DNA of 11,199 nt from Pseudobacteriovorax sp. (GCA_050293845.1 JBNKNM010000186.1:1-11199), one strand, 5' to 3'; numbered from the stretch's first letter, positions 1 to 7,314 are shown. Numbers and translations: made by a program. Notes: generated from the letters alone by a model not told the origin.

Positions 1-193
1 ACTCCGTAATTTAATATTACGGATATCTAAGCATGAAGAAATTTTTATTTCGCCCCACGCGATTCTGTGCGGGCACAATCTAATAATCGAAAAAATACTA
101 GTATTCTCCCTCAAAGAGATCCAAAGATCGGATAAATCCCGGATAAAATTTACTGATCCTAGTTTAAAATTTTGGGTCAAAGGCTTAGAATCA

Positions 194-1159
194 TCAGGAT
201 AAAATGTAGTTATAAAAATAGCCTAAGCCGATAATGGCAAGTCCAACCGAAGAAAAATAGATTGCTATTAACCTGAATTTCATCACTTTTTTTAGCAGCA
301 TAGCTTCTGGTACCGATAGACCCACCACTGCCATCATAAATGCCATGGCCGTTCCAATAGGTATTCCCTTGCCAACCAAACTTTGTATCACTGGAATTAT
401 TCCCGATGCATTGGAATACATTGGAATAGCTAGTACTGTAGAAAGTGGAACTGCAAAAACATTATCCTTCCCCATATATTGTTCAAAATATCCCGTAGGA
501 ATAAACCCATGAATTAATCCACCAATCGCAACTCCACCTAAAACATAAGGGATGATTTTTTTAAATGTATCAATAGCTTCTGTCTTTATTTCGGGGATTC
601 GCTGACGAAAAGTCCGCTTATCTTGATATTTTGCCTGTTCAATTTTTTGTTTAAGTTGCTCTTGGACCCATCCTTCTAAATAATTTTCTAGCCGCAACCG
701 GCTAAGAAAAGAACCAACAAAGGTACCTATAAGTATTCCAGTGATCGCATATATTAAAGTAATCTTAAGTCCAAATATTCCAAAAAATAGTACAACGGCA
801 ATCTCATTAACTAGCGGAGATGTGATAAGGAAAGATAGAGTAACTCCTAAAGGTATACCTCCCTTTAAAAAACCGATAAACAAAGGGATCGAAGAACAGC
901 TACAAAAGGGTGTTATTGCCCCTAACACCGCAGCAAGGAGATGCTCGAGTCCATATAGCTTTTTATTTTCTAAAAAGGATCTAACCTTATCGATAGGAAA
1001 GTAAGAGTTAACCACCCCCATAAGAAAAATTACGAAGATGATGAGAAAGCTTATCTTTAAAGAGTCGTAAATAAAGAAATGTATGGCCTGAGACCAATGA
1101 CTTTCTGAGGGCAGCTTCATCCAGTCAAAAACGATGATGTTTGCTATGCTTTCAAACAT
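194..1159 (-). CDS. ArsP/DUF318 (UPF0718) family permease, probable organoarsenical or metalloid efflux permease
   Basis: 321 aa, multiple hydrophobic helices in two halves joined by a charged loop. Family motifs TPFCSCSSIP, FLITSPLVNE and AIPMYSNASG...GTAMAFMMAVVGLSVPE. Last gene of an arsR-thioredoxin operon; its ATG directly follows the thioredoxin TAA. Confidence 0.9.
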   Translation of the reverse strand: MFESIANIIVFDWMKLPSESHWSQAIHFFIYDSLKISFLIIFVIFLMGVVNSYFPIDKVRSFLENKKLYGLEHLLAAVLGAITPFCSCSSIPLFIGFLKGGIPLGVTLSFLITSPLVNEIAVVLFFGIFGLKITLIYAITGILIGTFVGSFLSRLRLENYLEGWVQEQLKQKIEQAKYQDKRTFRQRIPEIKTEAIDTFKKIIPYVLGGVAIGGLIHGFIPTGYFEQYMGKDNVFAVPLSTVLAIPMYSNASGIIPVIQSLVGKGIPIGTAMAFMMAVVGLSVPEAMLLKKVMKFRLIAIYFSSVGLAIIGLGYFYNYILS

Positions 1160-1393
1160 TTACGTCTCCAAAAGGGATTTTATTTCAGCTACAGAACTTA
1201 CCCTGCCAGATGAGACTAGTTTTTCATTTATAACAAGAGCGGGAGTTTTCATTACATTAAACTTAGCAATTTCAGCAAAATCTGTTACCTTTACCACATC
1301 TGCCACTTTTCCGCTTTCTTCCAAAGCCTGCTTAACATGTTTTTCCAAAGCGATGCAATTTTTACATCCTGACCCTAAAATTTTGATGTTCAT
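1160..1393 (-). CDS. Small redox-active disulfide protein (MTH895-like thioredoxin/glutaredoxin family)
   Basis: 77 aa: MNIKILGSGCKNC (CxxC), VMKTPALVINEKLVSSGRV (cis-Pro TP motif). Usual partner of DUF318 permeases in ars-type operons. Confidence 0.92.
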   Translation of the reverse strand: MNIKILGSGCKNCIALEKHVKQALEESGKVADVVKVTDFAEIAKFNVMKTPALVINEKLVSSGRVSSVAEIKSLLET

Positions 1394-1395
1394 GG

Positions 1396-1683
1396 CTAAT
1401 TTCCCTCCAAATCATTTAGGCATTCTAAGACATTATTAAACAGACAGGGCACTCTCAGGGAATAGAAAACTTGCATTCCTATTTTTCTACTTTTAAAAAC
1501 CCCTGCGTCTTTTAAAACCTTAAGATGACGAGATAGCGTTGGTTGCTCAATATTTACAAATTCATTCAACTCACAGACGCACTTTTCTCCATCCTTCAGC
1601 TGATGAGCAAGGAGAAGTCTTGTTGGATGCCCCAGCGCTTTAAAGATTTCTGATTGTTTTTCATAGTTTATCGATTTCATCAT
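1396..1683 (-). CDS. arsR: ArsR/SmtB family metalloregulatory repressor
   Basis: 95 aa: FKALGHPTRL, EKCVCEL metal-binding motif, winged HTH QPTLSRHLKVLKDAGV...RKIGMQVFYSL. First gene of the operon, 2 nt from the next start. Confidence 0.93.
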   Translation of the reverse strand: MMKSINYEKQSEIFKALGHPTRLLLAHQLKDGEKCVCELNEFVNIEQPTLSRHLKVLKDAGVFKSRKIGMQVFYSLRVPCLFNNVLECLNDLEGN

Positions 1684-1707
1684 CCAACCCTATTTCGACT
1701 CAGGATT

Positions 1708-1736
1708 AGTATATAGCAATATTGCTATATACTCAA
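1708..1736 (-). promoter_or_regulatory. Sigma70 promoter of the arsR operon overlapped by a perfect 26-bp palindromic operator (probable ArsR site)
   Basis: Minus strand TTGAGT (1736-1731), 17-nt spacer, TATACT (1713-1708). Perfect palindrome AGTATATAGCAATATTGCTATATACT at 1708-1733 covers the -10, the spacer and half of the -35, 24 nt upstream of the arsR ATG. Confidence 0.85.
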
Positions 1737-1913
1737 CATAGTTTTGATCAATCATTTACGTTGCATTGGCCAGCAACCAAACATTCTTAAAAAGTGAATC
1801 CCGTATTGAAGCCATGATGATCGTTATCGCGCTCGCGAAAGCTTTATTGTAAAATATTAGGTGGACCGGACGGTCACCTTTAATGTGATATTGACCTGTT
1901 CGCTGTAAAAAAG

Positions 1914-2697
1914 GGTTCCGTCGCTATTTTATATCAAGCTAAAGCGATAGACACAGTTATGCAGCGAGCGCCATAAAGCGCTCATGAGCAGTCTTTCCTG
2001 GTGTTTCAATTTGATCACGATATAGCATGTGACCATTTCTATTCCAGCAATGGTCGTTGCAGCTGACCAAAAGTTACCAAAGCCCATCATGGACCGGGTC
2101 ATCCTTCGAATGGGCCTATGACTTTGCTCGACAATGTTGATTAGTATTTCACCTGTTTCACCTCAATGCTGAAGCCACAAGTATCGTTTAGGGCATCAAT
2201 TCCAGCCTTATTCGTGCCAGACTTGTCAATATTTATAACTCTAGGAGTCCCACACTGCCTGACAGCTTTCTTAAAAAAGCGAAGGGCAGCTTTTTTATCT
2301 TTTTTTGCGGAAAGAAGAAACTCCACCGTATCTCCATCGGTATCTACAGCTCTATATAGCCATTTCCAACTACCTTTTACCCTAACGCACATTTCATCAC
2401 ATCGCCAGCTATCCGTCACTGTCCTCTTCTTCTTACGATAATTTGATTCCAACTGAGGAGTAAATTTTAAAACCCAGCGGTTTATGGAAGAGTGATCGAC
2501 TTCGATACTACGCTCTTTCATCATTTCTTCTAGCTGCCGGTAGCTAACGGGATATCTAAGGTAACATCTGACACACTGAAAGATGATTGATTTTTCAAAC
2601 TGGGAACCTTTAAAACTGATCATCTGACACCTCAAGATCTGTTTAGCTTGCTGAAGGTAGCAGGTATTTTAGATAGTTATAAGTTTGCGACGGAGCC
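1914..2697 (-). mobile_element. IS6-family insertion sequence, full length (784 bp), inactivated transposase
   Basis: Imperfect terminal inverted repeats GGTTCCGTCGCTATTTT (1914-1930, +) and GGCTCCGTCGCAAACTT (2697-2681, -), resembling the IS26-type GGCACTGTTGCAAA end. They enclose an IS6-type DDE transposase; size typical of the family. No direct target duplication. Confidence 0.9.
1957..2623 (-). pseudogene. IS6-family DDE transposase with two frameshifts
   Basis: MISFKGSQFEKSII...YPVSYRQLEEMMKERSIEVDHSSINRWV...WRCDE...WLYRAVDTDGDTVEFLLS...INIDKS. Stops at 2141-2143, continues in another frame as INIVEQSHRPIRRMTRSMMGFGNFWSAATTIAGIEMV, then after a second shift near 2031 as HMLYRDQIETPGKTAHERFMALAA* (TAA 1959-1957). 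Confidence 0.9.
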
Positions 2698-2881
2698 GAT
2701 TTTTACCCATAACTTATCTCTTCCATTAGGGCGCTTGGGAGTAAAACCCTCGAAAAGACGCCGGATATACGAATGCATCTTAACTCGTAATTGCCTGCTC
2801 AAGTATTACCCTTGACTAACAGCTGGGACCATATATGTTCTTAGGTGAGTGGAAGTCAGCTATGGCCCTTATTTAACCGAG

Positions 2882-2925
2882 TCTTCGGTGTTTGAACCTC
2901 CGTCCAGAGGTTCAAACACCGAAGA
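2882..2925. repeat. Perfect inverted repeat: 19-bp stem, 6-nt loop
   Basis: TCTTCGGTGTTTGAACCTC (2882-2900) - CGTCCA - GAGGTTCAAACACCGAAGA (2907-2925). Confidence 0.9.
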
Positions 2926-3161
2926 AAGCAAGTTTCAAAGCGGTCGAGGACGTCCACAGACGCAAGATTATCGATTCTAGGATCCTAAAAGTTAGAAATG
3001 CCTCAGGCTTCTGTATAGGAAAAATAGCCGCAGGATGTTTGATTGTAGAGTCCCATTATAAACCGCGAGAATCTGACCATCCTACCGAAAAAGTAATCAT
3101 CGCTACCAATGATATTTTCCGATATCACCTTAAAAAATGGCAAAGGCGCGGCCAACAATAT

Positions 3162-3470
3162 TCCGTATGGACCGTAATTCTTGATTGAAAGATAGCCGAT
3201 ATTATTGGTTTTGGTACTAATGAACAGCCTGGTAACACCGTCTGCGCATGTTTCGAATCTGAAGACTTCTTTTGTGAGGTGAATGCTGCCACCGTCTGAC
3301 TTTTCTTTCTTTTAGGCTTGCCGCACTCACCTTTTAGAAATTTTTGATAAGTCTGATACCAAATTTCTAAGCATCTGGCTGGAACATTGGCTTAACCAAG
3401 GGGAGAGCTGACCGTCTTTATACTGGGAAAATTTTTGATCAATAGGAGCATAGACACCGCAAGGCATGTA
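3162..3470 (-). pseudogene. tnpB: Fragment of IS200/IS605-family TnpB (RNA-guided endonuclease), N-terminal region only, frameshifted
   Basis: Manual translation across breaks near 3362 and 3301-3304: YMPCGVYAPIDQKFSQYKDGQLSPWLSQCSSQMLRN / WYQTYQKFLKGECGKPKRKK / SDGGSIHLTKEVFRFETCADGVTRLFISTKTNNIGYLSIKNYGPYG. Matches the TnpB pattern K...PWL...SQ.L.N....W...Y..F.K...G.PK.KKK. No start, RuvC or zinc finger seen. Confidence 0.75.
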
Positions 3471-3655
3471 GGTTGGACTCCGGAGCTCAGTATTATCGAA
3501 AGTTCAAATAGCGAATGTGACAAGAAACCTTGGTAGCCGGATACGAGATTCATTGATTTTGGCTGATCAGTCAGGTATGTTCTAAGTAAAATACTCGGGC
3601 AATCTTTGTTCTTTGAGGTCGAGTGGTTCAGAAACGAGAAAATAAGGAATTTTAT

Positions 3656-4858
3656 ATGCTCACGAAGTTAATAGCCAGTCTGTCACCCTTCATGCTTTAT
3701 GCATCAGTGGCCGAAGCAAAGTTCTTGCCTGATAACGATCTTCACCTTCAGGATAGTTTCATGCTCCTATCAGGTATTGGACAGGCTGAATTCGACGACG
3801 TTATCGATGAGGCAGAAGCCTATTACAAACCTATTTTTAGTGATGAGTTCGGATCGGACCTACAGGTCAACCGTCTCTGGAACGATAGTAATGTGAATGC
3901 CTCCGCCAGTCGTTTGGGGAGTTCTTGGGTTGTGAGTATGTATGGTGGTTTAGCTAGACGGCCCGAAGTTACAAAGGATGGTTTTACCCTTGTTCTTTGT
4001 CATGAAATTGGCCACCATGCCGGTGGCTTCCCGTTTTATATTAATGACTGGGCTACTAGTGAGGGTCAATCAGACTATTTTGCTACCATCAGCTGTGCCC
4101 GTGAGCTATGGAGAGATGATCTTAGCTTAAACGCCACCTTTAGGGATACTGTTAATCCCTATGCTAAAGAGCTTTGTGATTCCGTTTGGAGCATTGAAGA
4201 TGATCAAAACCTCTGTTACAGGTCTATGATGGCTGGTAAATCTGTAGCCGATCTGCTCTCTACTCTCGATGGAACCACTTCGCAGTTTGACCTACCAGAC
4301 ACTAGTGTTGTAAACACTACCTTAACCTCTCACCCCGCTAGTCAGTGCCGCTTGGATACCTACATGGCTGGTGCTTTGTGTGATGACAACTGGGATCCAC
4401 GCGTAATTCCAGGTAACAGAGGTAGCAATAGTGCAACTTCAGAACAGCAATCTGTTCCATATACATGCTCAAGTTCGGAAGGTTATACCGGCTATACCGA
4501 AGGTACCCGACCAACTTGTTGGTTCAGAAGCGTACTAGCTGATCCTATCGAACCAACTATTGAACTGAAGTCAGGTGTTCCTGTAGAAGCTCTTTCCGGA
4601 AGTGCTGGATCTGAGAAATTTTTAAAAGTTGTCCTCACAGGAACAACCAATCTAACAATCAAAACTTCTGGTGGTTCAGGTGATTCCGATCTTTACGTTA
4701 AAAAAGGATTAGAGCCAACTACAGCTTCTTATGATTGTCGGCCATACATAAATGGCAACAACGAGACATGCTCCTTCTCTAACGCCTCCGGAACATATCA
4801 CATAATGTTACGTGGATATTCCCAATACAGTGGTGTTTCCATCGTTGCTGATTACTAA
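3656..4858 (+). CDS. Secreted zinc metalloprotease (M48-like gluzincin) with C-terminal PPC (pre-peptidase C-terminal) domain
   Basis: Start moved to ATG 3656 (RBS AAGGA 3644-3648), giving a signal peptide ending AEA. NASA motif, CHEIGH, EGQSDY (third-ligand Glu 15 residues after HExxH), SHP...R motif, many Cys. C-terminus TSGGSGDSDLYVKKGLEPTTASYDCRPYINGNNETC...GTYHIMLRGYSQYSGVSIVADY is a typical PPC domain. Confidence 0.85.
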   Translation: MLTKLIASLSPFMLYASVAEAKFLPDNDLHLQDSFMLLSGIGQAEFDDVIDEAEAYYKPIFSDEFGSDLQVNRLWNDSNVNASASRLGSSWVVSMYGGLARRPEVTKDGFTLVLCHEIGHHAGGFPFYINDWATSEGQSDYFATISCARELWRDDLSLNATFRDTVNPYAKELCDSVWSIEDDQNLCYRSMMAGKSVADLLSTLDGTTSQFDLPDTSVVNTTLTSHPASQCRLDTYMAGALCDDNWDPRVIPGNRGSNSATSEQQSVPYTCSSSEGYTGYTEGTRPTCWFRSVLADPIEPTIELKSGVPVEALSGSAGSEKFLKVVLTGTTNLTIKTSGGSGDSDLYVKKGLEPTTASYDCRPYINGNNETCSFSNASGTYHIMLRGYSQYSGVSIVADY

Positions 4859-5223
4859 TTGGACTAGCTACTAGGTCAATTACCCAACCCTAAAGAGACT
4901 GGGGCTTGTCAGGTGACTTACAAGGGCAACTAGTTGACCAGACCACTAACAAGTGCCATTTTTATTTTTATCAAATTTGAGATAATTGCAAAATAGGGTA
5001 ATTACTGAGAATGAGCCCCAAATGGAAACGCCTACAAATAACCAAACCAGAAATTATGACTAAAACGAAGAAATCCCTCAGTTCTAGTTAGGTCACCGAT
5101 GAAGATTCCGACTTCAGAGATGAAGTTACTCAGTTATCTTGAGATTCAGGAGAAGAAAGTTCATTTGGTGTTCACGAACTCTTTGTGAAATCAAAATATA
5201 CTTCAGGCAAGAAAGAGTGGACC

Positions 5224-5618
5224 ATGGTTACAAAAAACAACAAGTTTTCCTTAGATGAAGAAATTGAGAAATTAACTTTTTTTAAAGGAAGAACTCCGAC
5301 TTCTACAGAAGAAGAGATGTCGGGTGCCTTCGCTATTCTTTCAGAGTACCGAGGTGACAGTGGGATTTATGTTGGTCACTATCAAGGGAAAAGTGAATGG
5401 GAACGTCATAGGGTCGGCGATGAAATTGTAATGGTAATATCTGGGATGACAAATATTATCTTCTTGCTCGATGGTAAGTCAATCATGAGTTAACTTCAGG
5501 GTCATTTATAGTAGTTCCAGAGTCTATCTGGCATCGTTTTGAGACACCAGAGGAAGTTAAGGTATTTGTCGTGACTCCTCAGCCAACAGATCATAGTGTT
5601 GAAAGACCTGAATCTTGA
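5224..5618 (+). pseudogene. Cupin-domain protein, frameshifted near 5477
   Basis: Motif 1 GKSEWERHRVGDEIVMVISG in the first frame (stop 5491-5493). Motif 2 in a shifted frame: NHELTSGSFIVVPESIWHRFETPEEVKVFVVTPQPTDHSVERPES* (TGA 5616-5618). Confidence 0.85.
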
Positions 5619-5925
5619 CAGGAATGATCTTGGAATTTGGGAGTAAGAACTCATCTTATGTCTACACATAGTTCCACTGTCCCTTAATCTTCAAAAAGCA
5701 ATAGGGATCTAGTAGCCTAGATTAGATTGGAATCGAACTTTCTATTTTGACGTTTTTCTTAGCTCGCTCTAAGGTACGTGGTGAGGGCTGCTTGCCAATT
5801 TCAAGGGAGCAGTTCATAAAGACAAGACGTAGAGTGGCCTTCATTGATATCGAATCGTGATATCGGTGAGTTCCCAACTGCAGTACATGCCATCCCATAT
5901 CGTGCAAGATTTGATGCTATCCGGT

Positions 5926-5961
5926 AAAAACCAAGCTCTTTTTTAAAGGGAGCTTGGTTTT
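5926..5961 (-). terminator. Rho-independent terminator (potentially bidirectional) downstream of the acidic lipoprotein gene
   Basis: AAAACCAAGCTC (5927-5938) / GAGCTTGGTTTT (5950-5961) perfect 12-bp inverted repeat. T5 tail on the minus strand, T4 on the plus strand, 43 nt after the stop codon. Confidence 0.8.
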
Positions 5962-6004
5962 ATAGAAACCTAGTGCCCTTTAAGGCACGTACATTGACTT
6001 CATC

Positions 6005-6472
6005 TTAATCATCATCGTTTTCAACATCTTCCTGTTCTTTCTCTTCTTCTTCTTCTTCTTCTTCTTCATCGTCATCTTCGTCGTCGTCGTCGTCCTCCTC
6101 AGAATTACTGCCTTCACCATCTTCACTGTCTTCCTCCATGTCTGAATTAGCTACAGAGTCATCTTCCTCTTCCTCTTCGCTTTCTTCAGTAATTTGACAC
6201 GGAATTACTGGAACATCATCTTCACTGTCTACTGTGCTTTCTTTAGTACTACTCTCTTCTGTTTCCATAAACGACGCTGCTAGCTGCAACAAGGCAGATT
6301 CCTTGGTATTGTCACCATCTTCATCCTTTGGACATGGCTCCAGATTGCTCATAAGGGCTTGTTTTTGGGTTGTTTCATTGGAAGTAAGCTCTTCCAGTGT
6401 TGATACGTTACAGCTGGAGAGCAAGTAAAAAAACATGATTACTTTTAAATTGATCTGATAATATTGAGTCAT
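6005..6472 (-). CDS. Hypothetical lipoprotein with a very acidic low-complexity C-terminal tail
   Basis: RBS GAGG upstream of ATG. Signal peptide KVIMFFYLLSS|C with lipobox LSSC (Cys21). 43 of the last 60 residues are D/E. Flanked by a candidate promoter and a terminator. Confidence 0.75.
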   Translation of the reverse strand: MTQYYQINLKVIMFFYLLSSCNVSTLEELTSNETTQKQALMSNLEPCPKDEDGDNTKESALLQLAASFMETEESSTKESTVDSEDDVPVIPCQITEESEEEEEDDSVANSDMEEDSEDGEGSNSEEDDDDDEDDDEEEEEEEEEKEQEDVENDDD

Positions 6473-6505
6473 TTGTACCTCTATCCCACGTTTTAGTATA
6501 TAACT

Positions 6506-6532
6506 CTATCGGTAAAAATAAAACGCAACCTA
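6506..6532 (-). promoter_or_regulatory. Putative sigma28 (FliA) promoter for the acidic lipoprotein gene
   Basis: Minus strand TAGG (6532-6529) - 15 nt - ACCGATAG (6513-6506), compared with consensus TAAA-N15-GCCGATAA. Exact spacing, 33 nt upstream of the ATG. Confidence 0.65.
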
Positions 6533-7314
6533 AATAATGGATATTAAGTAAATAAATACATTTGATTATAATATTTTAATTCAAATATTCAATTTTGAGA
6601 CGCATACTTTAAAGTCAGCTCTTTTTGCTCATATGCTATTTTTATTAGTCCGGATGTTTTAAAACTTGAGATGGTACTTTTTGACAAATTAAAATGATAT
6701 GTCATGAACGTGTCTTTCACTATTTGGAAAAGTACCAAATTAGTCTGAAACTAGAGAAAATTATCTAAGAAAAGATAATTTGCTGCCTTTTAGTTTGTCG
6801 CTAAGTTTTTTTTCTAAAATTTAATCATCTCTTAGAATCTGGATATAGCGAGGCAGTGACCTTTTCATAAGGCCGTTCTTTATTATTTGGTTTTGTATTT
6901 CTGATTAAGGAAATCCATAAACTGTAAGGGTTGCGTCACCAAAGATTCTGATAATCCTTTCCATATCTGGATTTAAACCTTTCATTGAACCAAAGACTCT
7001 GTCAGCAAAAGTAATCCTAACTATTTTACTATGTGACCCGTATCATATGATATCCATTGAAATGTTGTGCTTTAAATTCCCTTGCGAGCTTTCTGCAAGA
7101 ATTAAAAATCGCAGAATGCGGGAAGGTCGTTAAAATAATCTATCTCTCCCCTATTGCCTCGCCCCTCGCTAATTTTAACTATCAACCTTTTTTACAGCCT
7201 TTTTCTTAACAGCCTTTTTGGTGGAGCTGCCTTTTTTTTGTCTTTCTTCTTTACGGACTTTAGTGTGAGTGCCAAAACCCTACCAAGAAAAAGCCACGGG
7301 ATTCACAAAAAAAT

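Noticed and set aside
3..152. Small hairpins at 3-23 and about 52-74, and a sigma28-like TAAA-N16-TCCGATCT on the minus strand (152-125)
   Set aside because: Short or imperfect stems without U-tails; the promoter spacing is off by one and no downstream gene is visible in the window.
741..1439. Plus-strand ORFs 741-1004 and 1134-1439
   Set aside because: Antisense shadows of the permease, thioredoxin and arsR genes, with no recognisable motifs.
2166..2441. Plus-strand 91-aa ORF
   Set aside because: Antisense shadow of the IS6 transposase.
2698..2778. Minus-strand peptide MHSYIRRLFEGFTPKRPNGRDKLWVKI, faintly like the IS3 F...PN..WV.D motif
   Set aside because: Too short, lacks the catalytic Asp and the spacing is wrong.
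2871..2997. Possible integron attC site (ATTTAAC at 2871-2877 before the hairpin)
   Set aside because: No complementary GTTRRRY at the symmetric position, no extrahelical bases in the stem and no integrase in the window.
2892..3188. 98-aa ORF starting at TTG inside the hairpin
   Set aside because: The start is buried in a 19-bp stem, there is no RBS or confident family motif, and its 3' end overlaps the antisense tnpB fragment. It may be a gene remnant but cannot be supported.
3699..3896. 65-aa alternative-frame ORF within the protease
   Set aside because: Out-of-frame overlap with a well-supported gene.
5722..5907. 61-aa minus-strand ORF
   Set aside because: TTG start just downstream of a terminator, no RBS, no motifs.
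6234..6428. 64-aa plus-strand ORF
   Set aside because: Antisense shadow of the acidic lipoprotein.
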